The notes below the pieces were generated by a model. The model was not told the DNA's origin and made no database searches. It was given only the letters and a program-made list of their open reading frames with translations. A stretch of 64,000 bases of DNA from Bdellovibrionota bacterium (GTDB lineage: Bacteria > Bdellovibrionota > UBA1018 > CAIPTA01 > JAALKR01), in NCBI GenBank assembly GCA_965207455.1, contig CBDBMJ010000001.1, positions 1,811,043-1,875,042 of the forward strand. Direction: 5' to 3'. Each line of letters begins with the position of its first letter. The first letter of the stretch is position 1. The position numbers and the translations under genes were made by a program. Positions 50,061 through 61,187 of this stretch are shown piece by piece.

Positions 50061-50087
50061 CTTTCGGCGTGCGTGGAATTTTTCTGA
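50061..50087 (-). promoter_or_regulatory. Sigma28 (FliA) promoter
   Basis: TCAG-N15-GCCGAAAG on the minus strand. Confidence 0.7.
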
Positions 50088-50147
50088 GTCTTTTTTAAAA
50101 AAAAATTTTTAGAGGTAGGATAACAATAAACAGTAACTTAATTTAAT

Positions 50148-50183
50148 AAAAAAAACCCCTTTCCCGGAGGTATGGGAAAGGGG
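50148..50183 (-). terminator. Rho-independent terminator
   Basis: CCCCTTTCCC-N8-GGGAAAGGGG with a T8 tract on the minus strand. Confidence 0.85.
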
Positions 50184-50218
50184 GGGTATAGCGTGGGACT
50201 ATAAATTTGAATTTCGTT

Positions 50219-50869
50219 TTATCTTATGGAATTCATGTGCTTATTAATCTGCTTTTGTATGCGCTTGTCTACGTTAATCAGTACTAACAACCCACCGTTC
50301 TCTCCTTCTGCATCACTATTAACAAGGGAAATATTACCTGCTCGAATTCCCATGACGTCATAGAAGCGATGTGTAATCGTTACACCAAGAAAATCCATTT
50401 TGAACGGCACGAATACACCAAAGATCTTATTTCCCACATAGAAAATAGTGTCGTTTAATTCCGGCACCGTTATAGCTATAGCGGGTAGTGCGCCATCAGC
50501 AACTGATGGAAGAGGCCGTCCGCCTGGTAACGATTGTGGATTCATTTCAATATTCTCTTTCTCCACAAAATCTTCAATTGCAATGTTAAATGTTAGCAAC
50601 ATACCATCGCTCTCAAAATCTGGACCAACAGAAATACTGGAATTTGGATAATTCTTTATGGGAATTGTAACTCCACCATCAAAATGTATGTGTCTAAAGG
50701 TCATTGAGAGTATAAAATAACCGTTAACGATATTTACGTCGGGTCCGCTTATACCTGCAATACTTGGGTTTTCTCCACCACCTCCACCACAACCCACAAG
50801 GACTACTGCCAGTGCAGGGAGTATGGTTAAGGTAATTTTTTTCTTCATTTTCTGTATATAGTTCATCAT
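50219..50869 (-). CDS. Hypothetical lipoprotein
   Basis: LVG-C lipobox; GPDFESDG and LPGGRPLP shared with the neighbour. Confidence 0.75.
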   Translation of the reverse strand: MMNYIQKMKKKITLTILPALAVVLVGCGGGGGENPSIAGISGPDVNIVNGYFILSMTFRHIHFDGGVTIPIKNYPNSSISVGPDFESDGMLLTFNIAIEDFVEKENIEMNPQSLPGGRPLPSVADGALPAIAITVPELNDTIFYVGNKIFGVFVPFKMDFLGVTITHRFYDVMGIRAGNISLVNSDAEGENGGLLVLINVDKRIQKQINKHMNSIR

Positions 50870-50896
50870 TATAGACTCCTTTTTATTTATTATTAT

Positions 50897-51583
50897 TTAC
50901 GATTTATTTTCCTCGCTGTTTGTAAACTCACTCTCTGTATCGGCGCTGTCAACGGGGAATAGGAACAAAGCTCCACTACTTGTTTCATCACCTGCTTTAG
51001 CTACTGCAGTGAACACACCTAATAAATTGCCAAATTGATCCCGCATTTTTACGGAAATATTAATTCCATGCAGAGGAAGACTTACGGGTAGAAATATACC
51101 AAATATATCCTTACCTTGGTATAAGAGGCTGTTTCCAAAGAGAGGTAATTTTAAAACACGTGCGGGCAGGTATCTACTTCGGATACCAGGAATGGGCCGA
51201 CCATCGGGCAATCCCCATTTAAGTAGATTTTTTCGATTTCCAAAAATTTCCTTAAGACTTGCATGGGCAACAAACAGACTGCCACCCGATTCAAAATCCG
51301 GACCTATTTCAATATAACTTTCACCTCTTCCAAAAATAGGAACACGCACTCCATTATCTATATTGAGACCTGTAAAGGCAACGGAAAGTCGAGCGCTGCC
51401 AGATTCTATGGAAAATTGAAAACCACCCACTCCATCTACGGAACCGTCTCCACTACTGCTACGGTCATTACCGCAGGCGGAGACTAGAAGTGCTGTAGTT
51501 AGGAGAAGTCCCTGGATTCCGCCAAGGGTATTTCCTTTTTTTCTACTCACTTTATTTTTTCCACACTGTACAATCATAATCAC
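50897..51583 (-). CDS. Hypothetical lipoprotein, paralogue of 50219-50869
   Basis: VSA-C lipobox; GPDFESGG, LPDGRPIP and IFGIFLP. Confidence 0.72.
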   Translation of the reverse strand: MIMIVQCGKNKVSRKKGNTLGGIQGLLLTTALLVSACGNDRSSSGDGSVDGVGGFQFSIESGSARLSVAFTGLNIDNGVRVPIFGRGESYIEIGPDFESGGSLFVAHASLKEIFGNRKNLLKWGLPDGRPIPGIRSRYLPARVLKLPLFGNSLLYQGKDIFGIFLPVSLPLHGINISVKMRDQFGNLLGVFTAVAKAGDETSSGALFLFPVDSADTESEFTNSEENKS

Positions 51584-51833
51584 CTTTATAAATTTAGTTA
51601 AGAAACATTTACATATTTAAGTTTACTAAACATTTAGAAAATTGTAAAGGGTTTCAGTCAAACAATCTTAGCAACTCTGAAAAAAAGTGTGTGTGGCGCG
51701 TGAAAGAACTATAAGTTCTGGGGCTTTAGAGGGTGCTTACCTGTTATTTTTTTTTTTGGTTATTTTTTGGTTTGTTTGTTGTACCTGTTTTCGTTACCTG
51801 TTTTCTGGTCTTGTTTTTGCACAAACACAACTA

Positions 51834-53096
51834 TTACGTGTCTTTCTCTCTATAAATGTTCGCACCCAAGGAACGTAATTTTTTCTCCAACCCCTCATAC
51901 CCTCTATCCAAGTGGTACACTCTTCGAACAGTGGTGCTACCTCTTCCCACTAATCCCGCTAACACTAAAGAGGCGCTAGCTCGAAGATCGGTTGCCATTA
52001 CCGTGGCACCACGGAAACAATTTTTTTGGCCAAACACCCAGGCCTTGCCATTTTTAATACGAATATCAGCACCCATACGCAATAACTCCGGCACATGCAT
52101 AAAACGATTCTCAAAAATCGTCTCCTCTATTTCACTCTTACCCTCTACAGTAGAAAGAAAAGCCATAAACTGAGCTTGTAGGTCCGTGGGAAATCCGGGA
52201 AACGGTGCTGTGGAAATTTTTAACGGCTTGTAAGAATCTCCACTAACTAATTGTATACTGCTATCCGTAACCGTTATCCCCAAACCGCACTCCTGAAGCT
52301 TTTCCACAACTAGGGTCAAAGCCTGAGGTTGAATACCGGTTATCTGTATGGATCCATCGGTGATAGCTGCTGCCAACAACAGTGTGGCTGCTTCGATTCG
52401 ATCAAACATAACCTCCATGGTGGCACCCTTGAGTTTATTCACACCCTCTATAGTTATGGTACTGGAACCTTCTCCCTGTATTTTCGCTCCCATTTTTTTC
52501 AGTAAGTTCACGAGGTCCGTGATCTCAGGTTCTCTAGCCGCACCAGAAATTGTGGTTATACCTTTGGCAAGGGTCGCTGCTAAAAGAATATTTTCCGTGG
52601 CCCCCACGCTCGGAAAATCTAGCTCAATGTTTGCCCCGACTAAACCATTAGGGCAGGTTCCTTCCACATAACCATCCCTTAAATCCAACTGGGCACCCAT
52701 TTTTCTTAATCCCATAAGATGGAGATCCACGGGTCGAGTGCCAATGGCGCATCCTCCGGGCAAAGACACTCTTGCTCTTCCAACACGAGCTAACAGGGGA
52801 CCCAACAATAAAATAGAGGCACGCATGGTGCGCACTAAATTATAGGAGGCCTCCACGCTGGAAATATTTTTTGTCTCCAAACAAACGCCATCCTGTGTGC
52901 GCTGTACTTTTGTGCCCAAGCCTTGGAGTAATTTTAGGCTGGTGCTAACGTCTAAGAGTTTGGGAAGTCGCTTTAATACCACGCACTCATCGGTGAGAAT
53001 AGAAGCAAAGATCATTTTTAATCCAGAGTTTTTACTGCCGCTGGCCCGAACCTCCCCTCGTATGGAGTTCCCTCCCTCAATTATAATCCTATCCAT
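51834..53096 (-). CDS. murA: UDP-N-acetylglucosamine 1-carboxyvinyltransferase
   Basis: MRASILLLGPLL, LPGGCAIGTRPVDLH, PGFPTDLQAQ and TDLRASA. Confidence 0.98.
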   Translation of the reverse strand: MDRIIIEGGNSIRGEVRASGSKNSGLKMIFASILTDECVVLKRLPKLLDVSTSLKLLQGLGTKVQRTQDGVCLETKNISSVEASYNLVRTMRASILLLGPLLARVGRARVSLPGGCAIGTRPVDLHLMGLRKMGAQLDLRDGYVEGTCPNGLVGANIELDFPSVGATENILLAATLAKGITTISGAAREPEITDLVNLLKKMGAKIQGEGSSTITIEGVNKLKGATMEVMFDRIEAATLLLAAAITDGSIQITGIQPQALTLVVEKLQECGLGITVTDSSIQLVSGDSYKPLKISTAPFPGFPTDLQAQFMAFLSTVEGKSEIEETIFENRFMHVPELLRMGADIRIKNGKAWVFGQKNCFRGATVMATDLRASASLVLAGLVGRGSTTVRRVYHLDRGYEGLEKKLRSLGANIYREKDT

Positions 53097-53952
53097 TCTC
53101 CCATTCTATCAGGAGGAATCGAGCCATCCCATTCAAATCTTTTTTTCGAAAGATTTTTTTTACCCTGTCATGCCCTCCCCACTTTTGCTCCAAAGAGTGG
53201 GCAACAGTGGGACTGAGTTCTAAAATAGTTTTTTGTATGCCCAGGGAACAACAACATTGTTCCAATAGCCGGTGGGCCGTCCATCCACCGCCTGCTGCTG
53301 CATCCGCTAAAACCGCCACATCCTCTGAAACCGCAGAAAAGAGCGCGCCCGCCGGCTCCCAAAGCAAAACCTCATCGGGCAAATCACTTGCCTGGGGATC
53401 CACATAGGGTAAATTTGCCACTACTACATCCACGGGGGTTTCTTTTTTATCCTCCGTCCAAGGTGCAAGCAAATCACCCTCTCGAAACACAATAGCCAAA
53501 TCCAGGGCATTTTTTCTTGCCACCTCCAAAGCCCCTGCACAGGAATCACTGGCCAGTACTTTCCATTTTTTTCTTTCCTCCTGAACGCTAACGGCAATGT
53601 TTCCACTGCCCGTTCCCATATCCAATACCGTAATATTATCTCCCAAAAGATCTCCTTCCTTGAGAACAAGCTCCACAAGTATCTCCGTCTCCGGTCGGGG
53701 GATTAAAACTCTGGAGTCCACAAAAAACTCCCTTTTCCAAAAGGGTGCTTTGCCCACAATATACTGCAATGGCTCCCCTTTTTTTCTACGCTCCACCCAT
53801 TGATTAAGTTGTTCTTCTTGCCTTTGGTTGAGGAAAACCTCTCGCATAAGAAGCTCGGATGTTTTTTCCTCTAAAAGATAGCCCAAGAACCAAAGTAATT
53901 CTTTGTCCGGTAATACCTGGCTTTCCATCACTGCACGCACGGAACGAGCCAT
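53089..53952 (-). CDS. prmC: Release factor glutamine methyltransferase
   Basis: GEPLQYI, VLIPRPETE, DMGTGSG and ANLPY; follows prfA. Confidence 0.93.
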   Translation of the reverse strand: MARSVRAVMESQVLPDKELLWFLGYLLEEKTSELLMREVFLNQRQEEQLNQWVERRKKGEPLQYIVGKAPFWKREFFVDSRVLIPRPETEILVELVLKEGDLLGDNITVLDMGTGSGNIAVSVQEERKKWKVLASDSCAGALEVARKNALDLAIVFREGDLLAPWTEDKKETPVDVVVANLPYVDPQASDLPDEVLLWEPAGALFSAVSEDVAVLADAAAGGGWTAHRLLEQCCCSLGIQKTILELSPTVAHSLEQKWGGHDRVKKIFRKKDLNGMARFLLIEWENG

Positions 53953-55019
53953 TAGATCACGCTATCACTATTTTTCATTTGTTCTGCTTGCACATGGGCA
54001 ATTAAAGCATCTATCACCGGGTCCAAGTCTCCGTTTACAACTGCGGATAGGGAGTGGAGGGTAAGACCGATTCTATGATCAGTTAACCGTCCCTGAGGGA
54101 AATTATAGGTTCGCACACGCTCGCTCCTATCTCCAGTGCCTATCATGGATTTTCTACTGGCAGATTGTTCGGCCTGAACCCGGGCAACTTCTCCCTCTAA
54201 AATTCGGGAGCGGAGAATCTTCATGGCCTTATCCTTATTTTTATGTTGGCTTTTTTCGTCCTGAATACTCACCACAATTCCCGTGGGAAGGTGGGTAATT
54301 CGTACAGCACTATCGGTGGTGTTTACATGCTGTCCTCCAGCGCCACTGGAACGATACACATCAATACGCAATTCTGCTGGATTAATTTTCACATCCACCT
54401 CCTCAGCCTCAGGCAAAATAGCCACCGTGGCAGTGGAAGTATGCACCCTCCCCTGAGATTCCGTATCCGGCACCCGTTGCACTCGGTGCACGCCTGCTTC
54501 ATTTTTTAATCGGGAATAAACTTTTACTCCTGTAATAGAAGCAGAAACTTCCTTTACACCACCAATGCCAATGCCGCTAATATTCATTACCTCCACCCGC
54601 CAGTTGCGCTTTTCTGCGTATTTTTGGTACATGCGAAACAGTTCGGCAGCAAAGAGTGCGGCTTCATCACCACCCGCACCGGCACGAATTTCTAAAATAA
54701 TATTTTTGTCGTCGTTGGGATCCTGTGGGAGGAGCAAGGTGTTTAATGTTTTTTTTATTTCCTTAATCCGGGGTTCCAGCATGGAAACCTCCTCCTTGGC
54801 CATACTTCGAAGTTCTTCGTCGTTTTCCCTGAGAATTTCCTTGGCAGATACCAGATCCTTTTCCGCTTGACGGAACTCACGAAAACAATGAACTATTCCT
54901 TGGAGATTGGAGTGCTCCTGAGAGAGCTTTCTTAGATCGTCCCGTGTGATTGTACCATCCTGTAGTTTGCCTTCTATCTCAAGAAATCGGCGCTCCACGG
55001 CTTCAAGTTTTTTAAACAC
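53952..55019 (-). CDS. prfA: Peptide chain release factor 1
   Basis: [22 protein letters not shown] (PxT) and GAGGQHVN. Confidence 0.98.
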   Translation of the reverse strand: MFKKLEAVERRFLEIEGKLQDGTITRDDLRKLSQEHSNLQGIVHCFREFRQAEKDLVSAKEILRENDEELRSMAKEEVSMLEPRIKEIKKTLNTLLLPQDPNDDKNIILEIRAGAGGDEAALFAAELFRMYQKYAEKRNWRVEVMNISGIGIGGVKEVSASITGVKVYSRLKNEAGVHRVQRVPDTESQGRVHTSTATVAILPEAEEVDVKINPAELRIDVYRSSGAGGQHVNTTDSAVRITHLPTGIVVSIQDEKSQHKNKDKAMKILRSRILEGEVARVQAEQSASRKSMIGTGDRSERVRTYNFPQGRLTDHRIGLTLHSLSAVVNGDLDPVIDALIAHVQAEQMKNSDSVI

Positions 55020-55034
55020 AACGAACCTTCTATG

Positions 55035-55247
55035 CTACTTTTTCTTTTTGATATTGGCGTAACGCTTACGAAAACGCTCTACTCGGCCTTCCGTATCTAC
55101 TAAATTTTGCTTTCCTGTATAAAACGGATGGCAACTGGAGCAAATATCCATGGTTTGGTTGGGTACAGTACTTCCTAACTCATGGGTGGCACCGCAAACA
55201 CAGGTTACAACTGTATCTGTATAAAGTGGGTGGGTTGCTTTTTTCAT
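55035..55247 (-). CDS. rpmE: 50S ribosomal protein L31
   Basis: MKKATHP, CVCG and [12 protein letters not shown]. Confidence 0.97.
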   Translation of the reverse strand: MKKATHPLYTDTVVTCVCGATHELGSTVPNQTMDICSSCHPFYTGKQNLVDTEGRVERFRKRYANIKKKK

Positions 55248-55269
55248 GGTCTTCCTTTCTATTCTGCGA

Positions 55270-56793
55270 TTAGCCGTTCATACTATCAATAAATTCCCGA
55301 TTACTGGTAGTGTTTTTTACCTTTTCTAATAAAAATTCCATGGCACTCACCGTATTCATGGGAGAAAGCACCCGGCGAAGTATCCAAATACGCTGTAAGT
55401 CCGCGTCGGGAATGAGCAACTCCTCCTTACGAGTGGAACTCTTGTTAATGTCCATACAAGGAAAGATACGTTTTTCCAATAACTTACGGTCCAGAACAAT
55501 CTCACTATTTCCCGTGCCCTTGAATTCCTCAAAAATAACCTCGTCCATCCGAGAACCCGTGTCGATTAGAGCTGTGGCAATAATGGTAAGGGATCCACCC
55601 TCCTCCACCTTTCGAGCGGCACCGAAAAATCGCTTGGGCTTATGTAAAGCATTGGAATCCACACCACCTGAAAGTATCTTTCCAGAGGAAGGAACCACCG
55701 TATTATAGGCTCGCGCTAGCCTGGTGATGGAATCCAAAAGAATCACCACATCTTTGCCCGTCTCCACCAGTCGCTTGGCTTTTTCTAAAACAATTTCAGA
55801 GACCTGAACGTGACGAACCGCTGGCTCATCGAAGGTGGAACTCAAGACTTCTCCTGCCACATTACGAGCCATGTCCGTAACCTCTTCTGGACGCTCATCA
55901 ATCAATAAAACAATGAGGTAACATTCGGGATTATTGGCAGTGATCGCTTGAGCTAAATTCTGAAGGAGCACTGTTTTTCCTGCCTTCGGTGGTGCCACCA
56001 CTAAACAACGCTGACCCTTTCCTATGGGAGAAATCATATCGATCACCCGGGTGGAATAATTTTTTGCGTCCTCTCCTAAGTTCAAACGATCCGTTGGATA
56101 CAGGGGTGTAAGATTGTCGAAAAGAATTTTATTTTTTGCCGTCTCAGGCGGAGCGAGATTAATTTTATTTGGCTTTAACAGCGCAAAGTATCGCTCACTA
56201 TCGCTGGGGGAACGAATCTGCCCACTAACCGTATCTCCCGTACGTAAACCAAAGCGACGTATTTGAGAAGGAGATACATAAATATCATCAGGTCCAGAAA
56301 GATAGTTATGGTCCGCAGAACGCAAAAAGCCGTAACCGTCGGGCAAGCGCTCTAAAACCCCATCTGTAAATACTGCATATTCATTTTTAGCCGTGGTCTG
56401 CAAAATGTGAAATAATAACTCCTGCAACGGCATTCCAGGTGCATTCTCCACACCCATGGATGTGGCAAGCTCGGCTAACTCCTTGGGACTTTTCTTTTTC
56501 AAGTCGGCCATTTTTAAAATTTTCACGTCACTGTCGTTAGGATCCACCGCAAGGCGATCCTCTAACTCGATTTCCGACTCTCTCATCTGTGCAGCGTTTT
56601 TATTTTCCGAATACTTATAGTTTGGATTGTGAGACTGGCCACCCCGATTCCCTTTATTATAACGGGAACGGTTGTTACGATTATTCCTGTTCTGGGAACT
56701 CTTCCCTCTCCCACTGCCTTCGTTATGAGGACGCTCTGTTTGCTCCTCTGGTTTACTCCGATGCCCCATTGAAGAGGATTCTCTTTCACCCAT
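55270..56793 (-). CDS. rho: Transcription termination factor Rho with N-terminal low-complexity extension
   Basis: [32 protein letters not shown] and [10 protein letters not shown]. Confidence 0.98.
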   Translation of the reverse strand: MGERESSSMGHRSKPEEQTERPHNEGSGRGKSSQNRNNRNNRSRYNKGNRGGQSHNPNYKYSENKNAAQMRESEIELEDRLAVDPNDSDVKILKMADLKKKSPKELAELATSMGVENAPGMPLQELLFHILQTTAKNEYAVFTDGVLERLPDGYGFLRSADHNYLSGPDDIYVSPSQIRRFGLRTGDTVSGQIRSPSDSERYFALLKPNKINLAPPETAKNKILFDNLTPLYPTDRLNLGEDAKNYSTRVIDMISPIGKGQRCLVVAPPKAGKTVLLQNLAQAITANNPECYLIVLLIDERPEEVTDMARNVAGEVLSSTFDEPAVRHVQVSEIVLEKAKRLVETGKDVVILLDSITRLARAYNTVVPSSGKILSGGVDSNALHKPKRFFGAARKVEEGGSLTIIATALIDTGSRMDEVIFEEFKGTGNSEIVLDRKLLEKRIFPCMDINKSSTRKEELLIPDADLQRIWILRRVLSPMNTVSAMEFLLEKVKNTTSNREFIDSMNG

Positions 56794-56923
56794 ATTATTG
56801 ATTTTCCTATCTCTATTTGAATTATGATTTTTACAACCTAGCTGGTAGGCGCCTTTATGTAACTGTAATAGTACAGGTCAACAGGTATTGTCAATATTGT
56901 TTTTCAAAAAGTGAAATAGTCCA

Positions 56924-59353
56924 CTACTTTCTCGCATCCTCACAGGTGTATTGGGGGATATTTCGTGCCGTGAAATACTTCTCCATCGTATTAGGGGCCT
57001 CACACCCCTCCGTAGCCCTACCCCCTGTGATAATATCCACAGGTATTTTTTTCAGTAACCCCTGAGGTATGGCGATCGGTGTGGGCTGTATGCCCTTGTG
57101 GGCAGCCTTCATAATACTCACCCAGATGGGAAGCGCTCCTGAGGCTCCTGTAATTTTTTGAATCTTTTTTTGCTCTGCCACCTGCTCGTTATCCCGGTCA
57201 TAACCCACCCAAGCAACACCCAGTAGGCGGCTCGTAAAACCAGCAAACCAGGAGTCCCGGTACTGATTCGTGGTGCCCGTTTTTCCCGCAGCAGGGTAAA
57301 TAAAACCCATTTGTCTGGCCCCCTTGGCAGTGCCCTCTGTAAACACACCCTCCATCATCTTCACAATATTGGCTGTTTCCGCTTGAGGAAGGCGCTGCTC
57401 CTCTCTGGGAATAAACTGAGCCACGGGATTTCCATTGCGATCCGTGATGGCAAGCACTGAGGTGATTTCCCGATAGTGACCCATATTCGCCAGTATCGAA
57501 TAGGCCACAGCAATTTCCATGGGAGAGGCCTCCAATGCTCCCAAGGAAAGGCTGGGTAGTGATTCATTTTCCCCCATCCCCGCAAGCCTTAGTGTGTCCA
57601 CTAGTCGGGGAATGCCCGTTTGTGTAGCTAGCCTTGCCGTGGCTGTGTTGATGGAGTTTGCCAGTGCATATTCGAGAGTGACCACACCTAGGTATTTCCC
57701 AGAATAATTTTTCGGCTCCCACTGTTTGCCGTCGTAATCATATACAAAGGGAGCGTCCTCAATCTTGCTGATTGCATTCAAGGGATGTTTTTTTTCATCT
57801 TCTCCAAACAATAAACCCGTGAGGAATACAAAGGGTTTCACAAGGGAACCTATTTGACGTCGCATAAGGAGCGCCCGATTATACGACGAGCTTTTAAAGG
57901 ATCTCCCACCCACAACAGCGAGCAATTGATTGGTTTTTGGATCCACTAGGAGAAAGACTGCCTGCAAGGGGTCGTGCTCACCTTGAATCACTAGTTTTTT
58001 TAGTAAACTGTTTTCCAATCGCTTCACACCAGATAGTACCTTCTCGTCCACTATTTTTTGGTAATAAGTGTCCATGGTACTAAAAATTTCATAACCAGAT
58101 CCTAGGAGTTGCTCGTCGGGAATTTCCTTTAAAACCTGAGTTTTTATAAAATCAGTGAAGTAGGGGTAACGATCAATTACAGAAGAATGCTCCACAAAAG
58201 TTAATTTTTCTTTCAGCGCTTTTTCATAATCCATCTCCGTGATAAGTCCATACTCCAATATTTTTTCCAATACCGCTTCCTTGCGCTTTTTTAACCGGTC
58301 CGGGTAACGGTAAGGCGAATAATAAAAAGGCCCTCGAATAAGTGCGGTGAGCACACTCTGCTCCGCAATGGAAAGTTCTGTCAGTTTTTTATTAAAGTAG
58401 TGTTTGGCTGCTTGCCCCACACCATGAACCTCCAGACTTCCAATTTGACCAAAGTACACTTCATTCAAGTATTTCTCCAAAATAGTATCCTTGGAATACC
58501 GAAGCTCTAAGAGAAGAGCCATAATCATTTCTTTTATTTTTCTCTTCAACGTTTTGGATCGTTCCAAATAAATATTGCGGATCAGTTGTTGTGTGATAGT
58601 GCTAGCACCTTGCCGGTAAGCGCCCGCACGGATATTTACCCAAATCGAACGAAGAATACCAATGGGATCGATTCCACCATGCTCTAAGAACCGCCTATCT
58701 TCCACGCTCACAATAGCTTGGAGTAACGTATAGGGTATTTCTTTAATGGGAATGTTTTCCCTCGTTTCCGTATCATTACTATTTAGGCGTGCCACCAAAA
58801 CGGGTTCCAGGGCTAGGCCCGAAATATCTTCCTTTTCTTCCCTTCCCACCCGGCTCACCTGACTAATACCTCCCTGAACCCAAATAATGGAAAAAACATG
58901 CCCCTTATCCACACCCACATTCTCCTCGTCAAAAAAAAGTTTTTTGATGGAGGGAGGATAGGAGAATGGCTTGAGGAATAGTAAAAGACGACGCCAGCGA
59001 TCTGCCGAGGGAAATAATTTTGATTCCTCTTCGTCGGGACTATAGTCGTCCCAACGATACATACCCGGACTTAGTTTTTCACCCTCAGCAATCTCCCCGT
59101 AATCACGCTCCTGGAGTCGCGCCTGGATTTCCTCCTCCAGAACGGATTGACCCGGACGCAGCCAAAATAAACGAGAATAGACCTTTGTGGGCACCGAATC
59201 TGGGGTGGTATGAAACTGTTCATCTAACTCTAAGGAAAGCCGGTGGATCATATAGACAAAAAGAACGGACAGTAATAGAAAGCAAACCAGCGTATAGCGA
59301 ATCCATTTTTTTTTATACCAGCTCATTTTTTCCACCTGCCCATGACGCCCCAA
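56924..59353 (-). CDS. mrcB: Class A penicillin-binding protein (PBP1B-like)
   Basis: EDRRFLEHGG and GASTITQQL (transglycosylase); SLVK, SIN and KTG (transpeptidase). Confidence 0.9.
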   Translation of the reverse strand: MGRHGQVEKMSWYKKKWIRYTLVCFLLLSVLFVYMIHRLSLELDEQFHTTPDSVPTKVYSRLFWLRPGQSVLEEEIQARLQERDYGEIAEGEKLSPGMYRWDDYSPDEEESKLFPSADRWRRLLLFLKPFSYPPSIKKLFFDEENVGVDKGHVFSIIWVQGGISQVSRVGREEKEDISGLALEPVLVARLNSNDTETRENIPIKEIPYTLLQAIVSVEDRRFLEHGGIDPIGILRSIWVNIRAGAYRQGASTITQQLIRNIYLERSKTLKRKIKEMIMALLLELRYSKDTILEKYLNEVYFGQIGSLEVHGVGQAAKHYFNKKLTELSIAEQSVLTALIRGPFYYSPYRYPDRLKKRKEAVLEKILEYGLITEMDYEKALKEKLTFVEHSSVIDRYPYFTDFIKTQVLKEIPDEQLLGSGYEIFSTMDTYYQKIVDEKVLSGVKRLENSLLKKLVIQGEHDPLQAVFLLVDPKTNQLLAVVGGRSFKSSSYNRALLMRRQIGSLVKPFVFLTGLLFGEDEKKHPLNAISKIEDAPFVYDYDGKQWEPKNYSGKYLGVVTLEYALANSINTATARLATQTGIPRLVDTLRLAGMGENESLPSLSLGALEASPMEIAVAYSILANMGHYREITSVLAITDRNGNPVAQFIPREEQRLPQAETANIVKMMEGVFTEGTAKGARQMGFIYPAAGKTGTTNQYRDSWFAGFTSRLLGVAWVGYDRDNEQVAEQKKIQKITGASGALPIWVSIMKAAHKGIQPTPIAIPQGLLKKIPVDIITGGRATEGCEAPNTMEKYFTARNIPQYTCEDARK

Positions 59354-59458
59354 GTATTTTTATAATGGCACAAAGAACCTCTCGGTTTTACCTTGACTTG
59401 AGGCCCCTTCCCAGCCTTTACTATATAGTAAGTACGACCAATTGACGAAGGAGCAACC

Positions 59459-60964
59459 ATGAAATATCAAAAATTTTTTACAAAAGCCCTACTAGGACTC
59501 ATCCTTTTACTCAGTCCCAGCGTCCATGGCGCCACCCTAGATTGGGAAGGCTACTTTCGAGCCGACTTCAATTACCTGAACAACTATTCCAATACGGACA
59601 GCGCACCCAACACAAACAACGAGGACAACACAGATACGACAGATCCGGGGGAATCAGTCGCCAATGAAGGCAGTAGTTCGACCTCTTTCTTCACACTTTT
59701 TGCCAAACTAAAACCCAGCCTTTTAATCAATGACAATATTATTTTCCGCTCCGAATGGAATCTGGGCGATCCCTTACTAAGTTTTTGGGGTGACAACACT
59801 GGGAATCGAGTATGGGAATCCCGCAATCCCAACACTACGCTCAAGGGTTCCCTCCCCTTGCGAGCAGCACGCCTTTGGTTAGATTTTCATACGAACTTTG
59901 GTCTTGTACAGGTGGGACGTGCTCCCATGGACTGGGGTCTTGGTATTGTATTCCACTCCGGCGACAGGCCCATGGATCGTTTCCAAAGCACAAGCGACAC
60001 CATACGTTTTATTTCTAAATTTGGTTATCTCGCCATCATGCCTTTTTATTCAAAGGTGGGTCTGAGAACAAACATAGACGGTTCACGAATTGGGAATGGT
60101 AGCGACGATGTTACAGACTACGGCATTGCCCTGAAATTTCATAATCCAGAGGAAGAACTGGAAGCAGGAATTTTATTTTCTAACCGTAGAGGAGACTCAT
60201 CACAGACTACCTTCGCCCATCCCGATAACAGCACACCAAGTAATTCAGAAACTGAAACACTTCCAAGCTCTGAAGCTCTCTCTCTAACCCTTTTCGATCT
60301 CTATTTGAAAAAAACATGGCACCGAATAACTGTGCAAGCAGAACTACCCATTTACTTCGGAAAAATCCCTTGGGGCACGGACGCAGGCTTTTCCACCAAC
60401 GAGTATAGCGCCACGGGTTTTGCTGGAGAGGTGAGCTTTAATTTAGAGGAATGGAAACATACTGTTCGCTTAGGTATGGCTCCAGGGAGCGCTTCGGATA
60501 ATTATACGGCCCTGTATTTCCACCCGAACTATAAGTTAGGACAAATTCTTTTTCGCTATAACTTTGGAGGTTTTGGGGATTCTTCATCCTACGGTCCCTA
60601 CGATACCTCCATTGTAAACGCCCAATACATTATGGTGGCAACGGAAAACAAGGGCGACCAATGGTCTTGGAATGGAGGCATTATCTGGGCCCAGGCAGCG
60701 CAAGCGGCTGAAAGTGGAAAGAGATTTTTCAATCACCGCACCCAGACCCTCTCCTCTAATAATGCTGCCGGAGATCAGTCCAGCGCCCTAGGGCTGGAGT
60801 TCGCGTTAGGCGGGAACTATGCTTGGGACGAAAATATTAATATTCGAACGGACGCAGGCTTGTTTTTCCCAGGATCTTTTTTTGACTTTGCGGGAAGCGC
60901 CGTTGGAGAGAATGCCACGGGCACAATGTTTGCCCTGAGCCTATCCCTGCATACTTTCTTTTAA
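59459..60964 (+). CDS. Outer-membrane beta-barrel/porin-like protein
   Basis: Signal peptide, GRAPMDWGLG, alternating strands and C-terminal Phe. Confidence 0.75.
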   Translation: MKYQKFFTKALLGLILLLSPSVHGATLDWEGYFRADFNYLNNYSNTDSAPNTNNEDNTDTTDPGESVANEGSSSTSFFTLFAKLKPSLLINDNIIFRSEWNLGDPLLSFWGDNTGNRVWESRNPNTTLKGSLPLRAARLWLDFHTNFGLVQVGRAPMDWGLGIVFHSGDRPMDRFQSTSDTIRFISKFGYLAIMPFYSKVGLRTNIDGSRIGNGSDDVTDYGIALKFHNPEEELEAGILFSNRRGDSSQTTFAHPDNSTPSNSETETLPSSEALSLTLFDLYLKKTWHRITVQAELPIYFGKIPWGTDAGFSTNEYSATGFAGEVSFNLEEWKHTVRLGMAPGSASDNYTALYFHPNYKLGQILFRYNFGGFGDSSSYGPYDTSIVNAQYIMVATENKGDQWSWNGGIIWAQAAQAAESGKRFFNHRTQTLSSNNAAGDQSSALGLEFALGGNYAWDENINIRTDAGLFFPGSFFDFAGSAVGENATGTMFALSLSLHTFF

Positions 60965-61187
60965 TTCTCTGTCGGTGATTTTTAACTAATCTATAAGGCT
61001 TTGGAGTAAAACAATCAAGAATTTAGCGACCCTCCTCTTTTAAATGCCTATTATTATTGAATGATGCAATTCAAAATGCGAAAGTCGGGAAAAATCGGAC
61101 CTGAGGGGAGGTTTTGCCCCTACACAGCACAAAAAAAGTAATTGACATACCAAGCTCTTTCTTTTAAAAAGTCAAAGTCAAGCAATT

